DNA of 64,000 nucleotides, taken from the NCBI GenBank assembly GCA_016882385.1, contig VGQC01000001.1, positions 6,081 to 70,080 of the forward strand. Direction: 5' to 3'. The first letter of the stretch is position 1, and each line of letters opens with the position of its first letter. Positions 49,327 through 60,247 of the stretch are shown piece by piece. The notes below the pieces were generated by a model that did not search any database, had not been told where the DNA came from, and saw nothing but the letters and a program-made list of their open reading frames with translations. The DNA comes from Cyanobacteria bacterium M_DeepCast_100m_m1_067 (GTDB taxonomy: Bacteria; Cyanobacteriota; Cyanobacteriia; PCC-6307; Cyanobiaceae). The translations under genes and the position numbers were made by a program.

Positions 49327-51089
49327 CCGACCCCTGCGCTGAGCCACTGCTGCACGGAGTCGCGGCCACTCTTGACCACGAAATCACCGAGGCTTCGCCG
49401 CCCACCGGCGCTCTGCCAGGCCTGCAGCAGGGGCTCAAGCGTGGCTTCCAGGGCCTCCAGCGGCATCTTCTCGAGATAGGGCTCCGCCAGGCGACTGAGG
49501 TTGGGGGTGCCACCCAGCCAGAGTTGGTATTGATCGATGCCGCTCCCCACCAGGCCGATCTCAGCCATGTAGGGGCGGGCGCAGCCATTGGGGCAGCCGG
49601 TGATGCGCACCAGCACCGATTTCGAGATGCCGAGGCGTTGCAGGAGTATCTCGAGCCGCTCGAGCACGTCCGGCAGGATGCGCTCGGCTTCTGTCACAGC
49701 CAGGCCGCAGAGGGGCAGGGCGGGGCAGGCCAGGGCATGGCGCGCCAGGGGGGCTGGGCTCTCGGGCGATTCAAAACCGAGAGCCGCCAGCTCATCGCGC
49801 ACGCTGGAGCGCTGGGCCACGCCGATGTTGCAGAGCAGCAGGTCTTGGTTGGGGGTGAGGCGCACCTCGAGTTTGTAGGTGTCGATGATCCGGCGCAGGC
49901 CGCTCTTGACGGTGCCGGCGAGGCGGCCACACAGCACAGGCAGGCCGACAAACCACAAGCCACGGCTTTGGCGGTGCCAGCCGAGGTAATCCTCGAGCTT
50001 GGCCTTGGGCTCCAGCCGCATGCCCTTGATCGGATGGGTGAAGTAGTGGGCCTGCAGCTCCTGGCGGAACCAGGCAACACCACGGTCGTGGATCAGGTAT
50101 TTCATGCGCGCATGGCGGCGCTGCTCCCGGTCGCCATGGTCGCGTTGCAGTGCCACGATCGACTGAATCAGATCGAGCACGTGTTCGGCGGCCACGTAGC
50201 CCAGGGGGTCGGCCGTGCGGGCGAAGGTTTCCTCCTTGTTGTGGGTGCGACCCATGCCACCGCCCACGTAGACGTTGCAGCCCTGGGGATGGCCCTGGGG
50301 ATCGCAGAACAGAACCAGACCGATGTCCTGGGTGAGCAGGTCCACCGAGTTGTCGCCGGGCACGGTGACGGCCACCTTGAACTTGCGGGGCAGATAGGTG
50401 CCTCCATAGAGGGGTTCGGCGGCATCGCCGCTGAACACACCGCCTTCCTGCTGGCGGGCCTTCACCTTGGCGACGGCAGCGCTGGGCTTGATCCGGTAGC
50501 TGAGCTCACCATCCACCCAGAGGTCGAGGTAGGAGCCTTCGGCTGCCTGGGGGGCGAGCAGATCGGCGATCTCGTCGGCCAGTTGGCGTGCCGCTGGGTA
50601 GCCGCCCTTGTCAAACGGTGCCGCCGGGGCCATCACATTGCGGTTGATGTCACCGCAGGCGGCCAGGGTGGAACCGAGATGACGCACGATCGTGCCGATC
50701 ACCTCCTTGAGGTTGTCCTTGCGGACGCCGTGCATCTGGAAGGCCTGGCGGGTGGTGGCCCGCAGGGTGCCATTCCCCAGCCGATCGGCGAGCTCGTCAA
50801 TGGCGAGATACAGCGGCGCCGGCACCCGTCCACCCGGGTTGCGCAGCCGCAACATCATCTGCCAGTCCTTGTCCTGGCCTTTGACGCGATTCTCGCGATT
50901 GTCCTGCTGGTAACTGCCGTGAAACTTCAGGATCTGGACGGCGCTGTCCGTGAAATTCGGGGCGTCGTTGCCAAGTTCGGTCAGCAGCGGTTCCTTCAGG
51001 TGACCGCTACCGGCCTTCAGCTGTTCAAATTTTGAGGGGGCCTTGTCTGAAGAGGCCTTGGCATCGGAGCCGTGCATGGCTTGGGGCAT
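49323..51089 (-). CDS. sir: ferredoxin-dependent assimilatory sulfite reductase
   Basis: KFHGSYQQDNR, RATTRQ, ACGDINRN, YLPRKFK. Siroheme/FeS Cys motifs ACPALPLC and GCPNGC. Confidence 0.95.
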   Translation of the reverse strand: MPQAMHGSDAKASSDKAPSKFEQLKAGSGHLKEPLLTELGNDAPNFTDSAVQILKFHGSYQQDNRENRVKGQDKDWQMMLRLRNPGGRVPAPLYLAIDELADRLGNGTLRATTRQAFQMHGVRKDNLKEVIGTIVRHLGSTLAACGDINRNVMAPAAPFDKGGYPAARQLADEIADLLAPQAAEGSYLDLWVDGELSYRIKPSAAVAKVKARQQEGGVFSGDAAEPLYGGTYLPRKFKVAVTVPGDNSVDLLTQDIGLVLFCDPQGHPQGCNVYVGGGMGRTHNKEETFARTADPLGYVAAEHVLDLIQSIVALQRDHGDREQRRHARMKYLIHDRGVAWFRQELQAHYFTHPIKGMRLEPKAKLEDYLGWHRQSRGLWFVGLPVLCGRLAGTVKSGLRRIIDTYKLEVRLTPNQDLLLCNIGVAQRSSVRDELAALGFESPESPAPLARHALACPALPLCGLAVTEAERILPDVLERLEILLQRLGISKSVLVRITGCPNGCARPYMAEIGLVGSGIDQYQLWLGGTPNLSRLAEPYLEKMPLEALEATLEPLLQAWQSAGGRRSLGDFVVKSGRDSVQQWLSAGVG

Positions 51090-51170
51090 CGGGTCCTGGC
51101 TCAAGGCTCGGCACGTGTCCGAAGTTAGCGAACAGCGTTCAATACAGTCGCGCTGTCTCGCCTGCCGCCC

Positions 51171-53336
51171 GTGTCGACCTTTTTGCTCGAAATCGGCACT
51201 GAGGAACTTCCCGCCGACTTTGCCCGGCTGGCCCTGCCCCAGCTGGAGCACCTGGTGCGGAAGGATCTCGACGGGTTGAGGCTTCGCTTTGATCAGATTC
51301 GTTGCACCAGTACGCCTCGCCGCCTGGTGATCACGGTGGCCGGGCTGCCGGAACGCCAGCCGGATCTGGAGGAAGATCGCAAGGGCCCCCCCAAAGCCCA
51401 GGCCTGGAGCGAAGGCAAGCCCACGGCAGCGGCTTTGGGGTTTGCCAAACGCTGTGGTGTGAGCGCTGAAGCACTGGAGATCCGCGACACCCCAAAAGGA
51501 CCGTTTGTGTTTGCCCGCTGCCGCGAGGTCGGGCGACCCGCAGCGGAGGTGCTGGCGGGCCAGATTTCGCAATGGATCGATGCGCTGCAGGGGCGTCGCT
51601 TCATGCGCTGGGGCGAGGGGGACATCCGCTTCTCCAGGCCGGTGCGCTGGCTGGTGGCCCTGCTGGATGCCACTCCCCTGGCCGTGACCCTGCCTGGGAG
51701 CGACCCGCTGGTGGCTGCGGGCAACATCAGCCGGGGGCATCGCCTCCACACCGAGGCGGTGGTCATTCCCAATGCGGAGGGTTTCGTCGCCGCTTTGGCG
51801 GCTGCTGGCGTCACCGTGGATCGCGAGCAGCGTGGTGCCTTGATTCGCCAGGCTGTCAGCACGGCGGCGGCCGCCCACGCTGCCGATGCGGATCTCCCCG
51901 AAGAGCTGTTTGAGGAGCTGATCGACCTGGTCGAATCGCCATCGCTGCTGGAGGGCCAGTTCGATGCCCACTACCTGGCTCTGCCCGCCGAGGTGTTGAG
52001 CACCGTGATGCGGGCCCACCAGCGCTATGTGCCCCTCTATCGCCAGGGCCGCGCCAGCGATCCCCTGGCCCTCGATGCCCGCGACAGCCTGCTGCCGCGG
52101 TTTCTGTTCATCAGCAACGCCTTGCCCGAGGCAGCTGCCACCGTGGCCCGCGGCAATGAGCGGGTGCTGAAGGCGCGCCTGGCTGACGCTGAGTTTTTCG
52201 TGCAGGCCGACCGGGCCGTGGCCAGCGTCGATCGCCGTGATCAGCTCTCCCGCGTCACCTTCGCCGCAGGTCTTGGATCCCTGCGCGACCGCACCGAGCG
52301 TCTGGAGTGGTGCACCGACGTGCTGCTGGAGCAACTAAATCTTCCCGCCGGCTGTGGCGACCATGCCCGCCGTGCCGCCCATCTCTGCAAACACGATCTG
52401 GTCAGCCAGATGGTGGGGGAGTTCCCCGAGCTGCAGGGGGTGATGGGCGGCAAGTATCTGGTGGCGGAGGGGGAGCCCCGCGAGGTAGGCCTGGCCGTGT
52501 TGGAGCATTACCTGCCCCGGGGCGCCGGCGATGCCTTGCCGAGTTCCGCTGCGGGGGCGGTGGTGGCCCTGGCTGAGCGGCTGGAGTTGCTGCTCAGCAT
52601 CTACGCCAAGGGGGAGCGGCCCACCGGCTCCTCCGATCCCTATGCCCTGCGGCGGGCCGCCCAGGGGCTGCTGCAGATCCTCTGGGATCGTGGCTGGCGG
52701 CTCGATCTGCTGGCGCTGCTGCACCGCTCCGCCCAACATTGGGCCCAGTTGCTACCCCACTGCAGCGTCGATGGGGAGGCCCTGGCCGCTGAGCTGGCCG
52801 AATTCCTGCGCCAACGGCTGCTGAGCCTGCTTGAGGAGGAGGGCTTCGATGGCGACCTGGTGCAGGCTGCAGCGGGCTCCTCGGTACCGCTGGCGCGGGT
52901 GCTCGGGGACCCGGAGGATGCTCGCCAGCGGGTGGCTCTGCTGGCGGAGCTGCGCCAGCGCGGTGAGCTGGCCGCCGTGCAGGCGGTCGTGACCCGCGCT
53001 GCCCGCCTGGCGGAGCAGGCAGATCTCGACACCACGGTGCTGAGCGCCGCAGGGGTGGTTCAACCGGCCCTGTTCGAGAAGGCGAGTGAAGCCGGCATGC
53101 TCGCGGTGCTGAATGAACTGGAGCCGATCGCCACGCGCTCATCCAGCGACCGCTACGCCCAGCTGGCCCGTGGCCTCTCAGCCGGGTCGGATGCCCTGGC
53201 GGCCTTCTTTGACGGGGATCAGAGCGTCATGGTGCTGGCCGATGATGCCGCCGTGCGCCAAAACCGCCTGAACCTGTTGGCAGTGCTGCGCAATCAGGCC
53301 GATGTGCTGGCCGATTTCAGCCGCATCAGCGGTTGA
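51171..53336 (+). CDS. glyS: glycine--tRNA ligase beta subunit
   Basis: LLEIGTEELP, TPRRL, MRWG..FSRPVRW, EFPELQGVMG, GSSDPYALRR. Confidence 0.97.
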   Translation: MSTFLLEIGTEELPADFARLALPQLEHLVRKDLDGLRLRFDQIRCTSTPRRLVITVAGLPERQPDLEEDRKGPPKAQAWSEGKPTAAALGFAKRCGVSAEALEIRDTPKGPFVFARCREVGRPAAEVLAGQISQWIDALQGRRFMRWGEGDIRFSRPVRWLVALLDATPLAVTLPGSDPLVAAGNISRGHRLHTEAVVIPNAEGFVAALAAAGVTVDREQRGALIRQAVSTAAAAHAADADLPEELFEELIDLVESPSLLEGQFDAHYLALPAEVLSTVMRAHQRYVPLYRQGRASDPLALDARDSLLPRFLFISNALPEAAATVARGNERVLKARLADAEFFVQADRAVASVDRRDQLSRVTFAAGLGSLRDRTERLEWCTDVLLEQLNLPAGCGDHARRAAHLCKHDLVSQMVGEFPELQGVMGGKYLVAEGEPREVGLAVLEHYLPRGAGDALPSSAAGAVVALAERLELLLSIYAKGERPTGSSDPYALRRAAQGLLQILWDRGWRLDLLALLHRSAQHWAQLLPHCSVDGEALAAELAEFLRQRLLSLLEEEGFDGDLVQAAAGSSVPLARVLGDPEDARQRVALLAELRQRGELAAVQAVVTRAARLAEQADLDTTVLSAAGVVQPALFEKASEAGMLAVLNELEPIATRSSSDRYAQLARGLSAGSDALAAFFDGDQSVMVLADDAAVRQNRLNLLAVLRNQADVLADFSRISG

Positions 53337-53417
53337 GGCTCAAGGGCAGCCATGAGGGGCGGGCTGTTGATGAGGGGCAGCCGGAAGGCCAGCCCCTCAG
53401 GTGAAAGCCCGTGGGTG

Positions 53418-54812
53418 CTACTGGCCAGCCAGAACAGGCTCCCGCTCAGGTTCCTGATCGGCCTTGGCACTGGAGGCCTGATCAGGCTTGCTGGCTTGGT
53501 TGCGCACTTTGATGCCACCCTTGATGGTGCTCACCGCCAGCATCGCGGTGACTTCAGCCTCATCCCGCACGGCACTATCGACAGGCTTGTAGCCCTGGGG
53601 CGCCAGAGCGTTGCCGCGAAGCACCGAACCCAAGGTGAGCAGGGTCAGCTTGAGCTGCTGCCAGGGGTTCATCATCACGACCCGCTTGTAGAGGTAGCTG
53701 TCGAACGTGAGGCGCTGCACGTCCTTGTCATCGCACATCTCCACGAAGGCTTCGCGGGCCGCATCGTTGCGGTAGAAGATGTTCTGCAGCAGCTCCAGCA
53801 CCTTGTAGGTGGCGCCGTACTGGCGATCCCACTTCTTCAGGTACTTCTTGAGGTCGGCCTCGCTGGGCACCTTGGTGCCACCGGCGCTGGCCTCAACGAT
53901 CTGCTCAGCGCACATCCGGCCGCTCTTGGCTGCGAAGTAGATGCCTTCGCCCGAGCTCTTGGTCACATAGCCGGCAGCATCACCCACCAGGGCCATGCGG
54001 CCCACCACCCGACGCGGACGGGGATGTTCAGGAATCGGGTGGGCTTCCACCTTGATCACTTCGCCATTGACCAGGCGCTTCTTGGCCCGCTCACGGATGC
54101 CTTCCTGCAGGCTTTTGATCAGGCCTTGGTTCTGTTGCATCGTGCCGGTGCCCACGGCCACGTGGTCGTACTTGGGGAAGACCCAGGCGTAGAAATCAGG
54201 TGAAACGTCGGTACCGACGTACATCTCGGCGAGGGTTTCGTAGTACTTCATCTCCTCGGGCGGCAGTTTGATCCGCTCCTGGAAGGCGATGGCCACGTTG
54301 TAGTCGCCGGCATCCATGGCCTTGGCCACGCGGCTGTTGGCGCCATCAGCGCCCACGATCAGATCCACTTCGAGGGTTTTGGTTTCGCCGGTGGCCTCAC
54401 CCGCGGCGTAATCGGAGTAGGTGAGGGTGTACGGGCCCTGGCGGTTGACGCCGGTGTCGATCTTGGTGACCAGACCGTTCACCAGGTGCGCGCCCAGATC
54501 GGCGGCGCGGTCGCGCAGGAAGGCGTCCATCACTTCCCGCCGGCACATGCCGATGTACTCGTCAGCGTTATCGAGGTTGATGTCCACCTCCCGGTTGGAG
54601 GGGGAGATCATTTTCATGTTGCGAACCTTGCGGTCGATGATCGATTCCGGCAGGTCGAACTCGCTGACCATGCAAAGGGGAATCGCCCCGCCACAGGGCT
54701 TGGCATTGTCGAGCTTGCGCTCAAAGATCCAGGTTTCGATGCCGGCCTTGGCAAGCACTTCGGCCGCACACGAACCACTGGGGCCGCCACCCACCACTGC
54801 GACACGCAACAT
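53418..54812 (-). CDS. chlP: geranylgeranyl reductase
   Basis: MLRVAVVGGGPSG, AKPCGGAIP, VGDAAGYVTKSSGEGIYFA. Confidence 0.97.
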   Translation of the reverse strand: MLRVAVVGGGPSGSCAAEVLAKAGIETWIFERKLDNAKPCGGAIPLCMVSEFDLPESIIDRKVRNMKMISPSNREVDINLDNADEYIGMCRREVMDAFLRDRAADLGAHLVNGLVTKIDTGVNRQGPYTLTYSDYAAGEATGETKTLEVDLIVGADGANSRVAKAMDAGDYNVAIAFQERIKLPPEEMKYYETLAEMYVGTDVSPDFYAWVFPKYDHVAVGTGTMQQNQGLIKSLQEGIRERAKKRLVNGEVIKVEAHPIPEHPRPRRVVGRMALVGDAAGYVTKSSGEGIYFAAKSGRMCAEQIVEASAGGTKVPSEADLKKYLKKWDRQYGATYKVLELLQNIFYRNDAAREAFVEMCDDKDVQRLTFDSYLYKRVVMMNPWQQLKLTLLTLGSVLRGNALAPQGYKPVDSAVRDEAEVTAMLAVSTIKGGIKVRNQASKPDQASSAKADQEPEREPVLAGQ

Positions 54813-54933
54813 CGGAAAACCGCTCCGCCAGGAAGGATGTCGCTGGGAAGCTAACACTGCTGAGCGGCCTGTTGATGGCCAATCCGCACGCCCCGCCTAG
54901 GATCTTTACTGCTTCCGTTTCCAGGGCAGTTGT

Positions 54934-55764
54934 TTGGTGCCAGGCAGGGGGACCCGCGTGACCCGTCGCAATCCCCTTAGCCCCAAGCGGCAGCCCCCTG
55001 CCCTGGATGGGCTGTTCCAGGGTGGGCTGTCGCAGGCAGGGCAGTCCCAGCCAGACGGCCTGGACGACATTCCGGTTGCGCGCCGCACTGCGCGCCCGGG
55101 AATCCCCGCCAATCGCTGGCTCCTGCGGCTCACGGTGGCCAGCGGGTCGCTCCTGCTGGGCTTGGTTGTGCTGCTGCTGTGGCGGCCCCAGCCCCTGCAG
55201 CGTCTGTTGGCGCCGCCGCCGGTCAAGGGCCTGAATGCCCGCACGGGCCCCGATGGACGGCTGCTGGGCCATTTCCCCTACACGGAACTGGCTGCCTCCG
55301 ACCGGGTGGCGGTGGCTCCAGGCTTGACGTTGCATCGTGACGCCGCCGCCGCCTTGCTGGCCATGCAGCGCGATGCGGCCAGCAGCGGGGTCGAGCTGGT
55401 GGTGCTCAGCGCCTTCCGCTCGATCACGCTGCAGCAGGATCTGTTTTTCGGGGTGAAATCCGAGCGAAATCAGAGTGCCCGCGAGCGGGCGATGGTCAGT
55501 GCACCTCCAGGCTTTTCCGAGCACAGCACCGGCTATGCGGTCGATCTGGGTGACGGTCGCGCTCCGGCCACCAACCTCTTGCCCGCCTTCGACCAAACCG
55601 AAGCGTTTGCCTGGCTCCAAGCCCATGCGGCCCGTTATCACTTCATCCTTTCCTTCCCCCGCGACAACGCCCAGGGGGTGAGCTACGAACCCTGGCACTG
55701 GCGCTTCGAAGGCAGCGCCGAGGCGCTCCAGGTGTTTGAGCCGGCCCAGCGGTTGGCCCGCTGA
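54934..55764 (+). CDS. M15B D-alanyl-D-alanine carboxypeptidase (VanY-like)
   Basis: TM anchor, SAFRS, SAPPGFSEHSTGYAVD, YEPWHWRF. Start uncertain. Confidence 0.9.
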   Translation: MVPGRGTRVTRRNPLSPKRQPPALDGLFQGGLSQAGQSQPDGLDDIPVARRTARPGIPANRWLLRLTVASGSLLLGLVVLLLWRPQPLQRLLAPPPVKGLNARTGPDGRLLGHFPYTELAASDRVAVAPGLTLHRDAAAALLAMQRDAASSGVELVVLSAFRSITLQQDLFFGVKSERNQSARERAMVSAPPGFSEHSTGYAVDLGDGRAPATNLLPAFDQTEAFAWLQAHAARYHFILSFPRDNAQGVSYEPWHWRFEGSAEALQVFEPAQRLAR

Positions 55765-58316
55765 TGGTGACCATTCCCGAACTTCTGGCACCGGCGGGCA
55801 ACTGGGAGGCGCTGCGGGCCGCGGTGGCCAACGGTGCCGATGCCGTGTATTTCGGCGTGGAGGCGTTCAACGCCCGCATGCGCGCGGCCAACTTTCGCCT
55901 CAGCGAACTGGCGGAGGTGATGCACTGGCTGCACCAGCGCGGGGTCAAGGGGTTCCTCACCGTCAACGTGCTGGTGTTCAGCAACGAGTTGGACGAAGCC
56001 GCTGCGCTGGTGCAGGCGGCCGCAGCGGCGGGGGTGGATGCGCTGATCGTTCAGGACATCGGCCTGGCCCGCCTGGCCCAAGCCCTGGCGCCGCAATTGG
56101 CAATCCATGGATCGACTCAGATGTCGATCACCAGCGCTGCCGGGGTGGCCCAGGCTGCAGCGCTGGGGTGTGAGCGGGTGGTGCTCGCCCGCGAGCTGAC
56201 CCTCACCGACCTGGGGCGTCTGCAGCACCAGCTTCAGCAGCGCCAGCTGACCATGCCGCTGGAGGTTTTCGTGCACGGTGCCCTGTGCGTGGCCTATTCG
56301 GGCCAATGCCTCACCAGCGAAGCCCTCGGCCAGCGCAGCGCCAATCGGGGTGAATGCGCCCAGGCCTGCCGCCTGCCCTATCAGCTGATCGTGGATGGCG
56401 AGGAGCGCGACCTGCACGACCAGCGCTATCTGCTGTCACCCCAGGATCTGGCGGCCTGGGAGCTGCTGCCCCAACTCCAGGCGATCGGCATTGCCAGCCT
56501 CAAAATCGAGGGGCGCCTGAAGGACGCCAGCTATGTGGCGGCCGTCACCGATGCCTACCGCCAGAACCTCGATCGGCTCGCGGCGGGCAGCGACCCAGGC
56601 GTCCTGAGCGCCGCGCAACGCCGCTCCCTGGAGCTGAGCTTCTCGCGGGGGCTGTCCACCGGCTGGTTGGCGGGCATCGACCACCGGGTCCTGGTGCATG
56701 GCCGTTGGAGCAAGAAGCGGGGGCCCCGGATTGGCGTGCTCGAGCAGTGGGATTCCAAAGGGGGGTGGTGGATCGTGGACACCCACGAGGCCCTCAAGCC
56801 CGGCGATGGGCTGGTGTTTGAAGCAGCTGGTGGCGATCCCCTGGAGGCCCCGGTAGAGGTGGGGGGCCGGGTGATGGCGGTGCAGCAGCGGCCAGGCCAG
56901 CGCCTGGCCATTCGGCTGGGCCCTGGCCGGCTCGACGGCCGTGGCTTCCGGCCCGGCAGCCCCTGCTGGCTCACCAGTGACCCCAGCCTGGAGCGCCATT
57001 GGCAGCGCCTCGCCAGCCAGACCGTGCCGGAGCGCAGCCGCCTGCTGCACCTCCAGGTGAGCGGTCAGGTGGGGCAATCCCTTCAGGTGCGGGTGCTCGC
57101 GGCGGCAGGCTTAGAGGCCGAGAGCACCAGCGCCCTGGTGCTGCGCTCGGCCTCAGCGCTGCAGCCCGCTACCGGCCAGCCCCTCAACAGGGAGCGGCTG
57201 GAGGCCCAGCTTGGCCGGCTTGGCGGCACCGGATGGACCTTGGAGGGCCTGGAACTCGCGCTCGACGGACATCTGTTTCTGCCCATGGCCCAGCTCAACC
57301 AGCTGCGGCGTGAGCTCGTGGATCAGCTGGCGGAGCTGGAGCGGAATCCCGGGCGTGCTGGATCGGGCGAGCCGTCTGAACCCTGTGCTGATCTCAAGGC
57401 TGTTCTGCAGCAGCTGGCTGCCGTCGAACCGGCCGAGATCACCGCGGCGGGTGTGGAGCAAGGCCCTGAGTTGATTGTGCTGGTTCGCACGCTGGAGCAG
57501 TTGCGAGCCCTGCGGGATCAACCGCTGGCGGCGGTGATCGCCGACCTGGAACAACCTTCTGAGCTGCGGGAGGCGGTGGCCATCGGGCGGGGCTGCTGGC
57601 CCCAGGGCATCTGGCTGGCGGGGCCGCGCATCACCCGACCGGATGAGCGCTGGACGCTCGAGCCGTTGCTGCGGGCTCGCCCCGATGGCTACCTGGTGCG
57701 CAATGCCGACCAGCTCGAAGCCCTCACCCCCCTGGCCCCCTGCAGCGGTGATTTTTCGCTGAACGTCGCCAATCCGCTCACGGCGGCTTGGTTCCTCGAG
57801 CATTGGGGTCTGCAGCGGATCACCGCCAGCTACGACCTGGATCTACCGCAGATGCTCGCCCTGCTCCAAGGCTGCCCGCCCGAGCGGGTGGAGGTGACGG
57901 TGCATCAGCACATGCCTCTGTTCCACATGGAGCACTGTCTGTTCTGTGCCTTCCTCTCCGAGGGCCACGACCACACCGATTGCGGTCGTCCCTGTGAACG
58001 CCACACCGTGGTGCTGCGGGATCGCAGCGGCAGCGAACATCCCCTGCTGGCCGACCTGGGCTGCCGCAACACGCTCTTCAACGGCAAGGCCCAAACTGCG
58101 GCTGAGGCCTTGCCCCAGCTGCAGCGCGCCGGTGTGCGGCACCTGCGGCTCGAGCTGCTGCAGGAATCGGCGACCCAGACCCGTCAGCGGGTCGAGCAAT
58201 ACGCCGCAGCGCTGCGCGGCGACATCAGCGGCCGCAGCCTCTGGCAGCAGGAGCAGCTCGACAGCCGCCTCGGTGTGACCCGCGGCAGCCTCAGAAGCGG
58301 CAAGGGCGTGGGATAG
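55764..58316 (+). CDS. U32 family protein with DUF3656 (RlhA-like RNA hydroxylation factor)
   Basis: ELLAPAG, GADAVYFG, Fe-S Cys motifs HGALCVAYSGQC and ANRGECAQACR, SLKIEGR. Confidence 0.88.
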   Translation: MVTIPELLAPAGNWEALRAAVANGADAVYFGVEAFNARMRAANFRLSELAEVMHWLHQRGVKGFLTVNVLVFSNELDEAAALVQAAAAAGVDALIVQDIGLARLAQALAPQLAIHGSTQMSITSAAGVAQAAALGCERVVLARELTLTDLGRLQHQLQQRQLTMPLEVFVHGALCVAYSGQCLTSEALGQRSANRGECAQACRLPYQLIVDGEERDLHDQRYLLSPQDLAAWELLPQLQAIGIASLKIEGRLKDASYVAAVTDAYRQNLDRLAAGSDPGVLSAAQRRSLELSFSRGLSTGWLAGIDHRVLVHGRWSKKRGPRIGVLEQWDSKGGWWIVDTHEALKPGDGLVFEAAGGDPLEAPVEVGGRVMAVQQRPGQRLAIRLGPGRLDGRGFRPGSPCWLTSDPSLERHWQRLASQTVPERSRLLHLQVSGQVGQSLQVRVLAAAGLEAESTSALVLRSASALQPATGQPLNRERLEAQLGRLGGTGWTLEGLELALDGHLFLPMAQLNQLRRELVDQLAELERNPGRAGSGEPSEPCADLKAVLQQLAAVEPAEITAAGVEQGPELIVLVRTLEQLRALRDQPLAAVIADLEQPSELREAVAIGRGCWPQGIWLAGPRITRPDERWTLEPLLRARPDGYLVRNADQLEALTPLAPCSGDFSLNVANPLTAAWFLEHWGLQRITASYDLDLPQMLALLQGCPPERVEVTVHQHMPLFHMEHCLFCAFLSEGHDHTDCGRPCERHTVVLRDRSGSEHPLLADLGCRNTLFNGKAQTAAEALPQLQRAGVRHLRLELLQESATQTRQRVEQYAAALRGDISGRSLWQQEQLDSRLGVTRGSLRSGKGVG

Positions 58317-58435
58317 AGTTGCAGCCTGGCTTCGAGTCTTCGTAAACGTTCCGCATCCCGTTCCGTCTACATAAACTTCAAGTCAACGTACTTAAAACGT
58401 ACGACCATCAAGTACTCAATAGGACCTTTATTTAC

Positions 58436-60244
58436 ATGAGCGGCGCACACACAGGCACGCCCATTCGCAACATTGCGATCATCGCCCACGTTGACCACGG
58501 CAAAACCACGCTGGTGGATGCCCTGCTCACCCAGTCGGGCATTTTCCGCGAAGGAGAGGCGGTTCCCACCTGTGTGATGGACTCCAACGATCTGGAACGT
58601 GAGCGCGGGATCACGATCCTGTCGAAGAACACCGCTGTTGATTACGACGGGATTCGCATCAACATCGTCGACACTCCTGGCCACGCCGACTTTGGCGGTG
58701 AGGTGGAGCGGGTGCTCGGCATGGTGGACGGCTGTCTGCTGATTGTGGACGCCAACGAGGGCCCGATGCCCCAGACCCGTTTCGTGCTCAAGAAGGCCCT
58801 GGAGAAGGGCCTGCGGCCGATCGTGTTCGTCAACAAGATCGACCGGGCCCGGGTCGACCCTGAGGTGGCGGTCGACAAGGTGCTTGATCTGTTCCTCGAG
58901 CTGGGCGCCGATGACGACCAGTGCGACTTCACGTACCTGTTCGGCAGCGGCATGGGTGGCTACGCCAAGCCGGACATGAAGACCGAGAGCGACACCATGA
59001 AGCCGCTCTTTGAAGCCATCCTGCGCCACGTTCCGCCGCCGGTTGGCGATGCCGAGAAGCCCCTGCAGCTGCAGGTGACCACCCTCGATTATTCCGATTT
59101 CCTCGGTCGGATCATGATCGGCCGAATCCACAACGGCACGATCAAGGCTGGCCAGCCCGCCGCGCTCATCCGCGACGACGGCAGCATCAAACGTGGCCGC
59201 ATCAGCAAACTGCTCGGCTTCCAGGGGCTGCAGCGCGTCGAGATTGAAGAGGCACGCGCTGGCGACCTGGTGGCCGTGGCCGGCTTCGATGAGGTGAATA
59301 TCGGCGAGACGATCGCCTGCCCGGATCACCCCGAGGCCCTGCCCCTGATCCGCGTGGATGAACCCACCCTGCAGATGACCTTCGTCATCAACGACTCTCC
59401 CTTCGCCGGCAAGGAAGGCAAGTTTGTGACCAGCCGCCAGGTGCGCGATCGCCTGCAGAAAGAGCTGCTCACCAACGTGGCGCTGCGGGTTGAAGACACC
59501 GATTCACCGGACCGCTGGGCCGTCAGCGGCCGCGGTGAATTGCACCTCGGCATCCTGATCGAAACGATGCGCCGCGAGGGCTATGAATTCCAGGTGTCCC
59601 AGCCCCAGGTGATCTTCCGCACCATCGATGGCACCCCGTCTGAGCCCTACGAAACCCTGGTGCTCGATGTGCCCGAAGAGGCGGTGGGCGCCTGCATCGA
59701 AAAGCTTGGCGTGCGCAAGGCTGAGATGCAGAACATGGAGAACACCAACGACGGTCGCACCCAGCTGGAGTTTGTGGTGCCCGCCCGCGGCCTGATCGGC
59801 TTCCGCGGCGAGTTCATCCGCGCCACCCGGGGTGAAGGCATCATGAGCCACTCCTTCCTTGATTACCGCCCGATGCAGGGCGACATGGACAACCGTCGCA
59901 ACGGCGTGCTGATCGCCTTTGAGGAGGGCACCGCCACCTTCTATGCCCTCAAGGGCGCCGAAGACCGCGGCCAGTTCTTCATCACCCCCGGCACCAAGGT
60001 GTACAAGGGAATGATCGTGGGTGAGCACAACCGTCCGCCCGACCTCGAGCTCAACGTCTGCAAGGCCAAGCAGGTGACCAACATCCGCTCCGCCGGCGCC
60101 GAGGTGCTCGACACCCTGCAGGCCCCGATTCAGATGACCCTCGAGCGAGCCCTGGAGTACATCGGGCCTGACGAAATGCTCGAAGTCACCCCTGAATCGA
60201 TCCGTCTGCGCAAACTGCCCTCCAAAAAGGCAGCCAAGCGCTGA
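58436..60244 (+). CDS. typA: translational GTPase TypA/BipA
   Basis: [48 protein letters not shown]. Confidence 0.98.
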   Translation: MSGAHTGTPIRNIAIIAHVDHGKTTLVDALLTQSGIFREGEAVPTCVMDSNDLERERGITILSKNTAVDYDGIRINIVDTPGHADFGGEVERVLGMVDGCLLIVDANEGPMPQTRFVLKKALEKGLRPIVFVNKIDRARVDPEVAVDKVLDLFLELGADDDQCDFTYLFGSGMGGYAKPDMKTESDTMKPLFEAILRHVPPPVGDAEKPLQLQVTTLDYSDFLGRIMIGRIHNGTIKAGQPAALIRDDGSIKRGRISKLLGFQGLQRVEIEEARAGDLVAVAGFDEVNIGETIACPDHPEALPLIRVDEPTLQMTFVINDSPFAGKEGKFVTSRQVRDRLQKELLTNVALRVEDTDSPDRWAVSGRGELHLGILIETMRREGYEFQVSQPQVIFRTIDGTPSEPYETLVLDVPEEAVGACIEKLGVRKAEMQNMENTNDGRTQLEFVVPARGLIGFRGEFIRATRGEGIMSHSFLDYRPMQGDMDNRRNGVLIAFEEGTATFYALKGAEDRGQFFITPGTKVYKGMIVGEHNRPPDLELNVCKAKQVTNIRSAGAEVLDTLQAPIQMTLERALEYIGPDEMLEVTPESIRLRKLPSKKAAKR

Positions 60245-60247
60245 TCG

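Noticed and set aside
51090-52334. Apparent N-terminal extension making Sir 1003 aa
   Set aside because: The extension is antisense to glyS. Sir homology begins near 51089.
53371-53399. Resemblance to the SRP RNA GGAA tetraloop domain
   Set aside because: Lacks the conserved CAGG/AGCA internal loop and is too short.
58388-58416. NtcA or LexA box upstream of typA
   Set aside because: Spacing is GTA-N9-TAC and GTAC-N7-GTAC, matching neither consensus.
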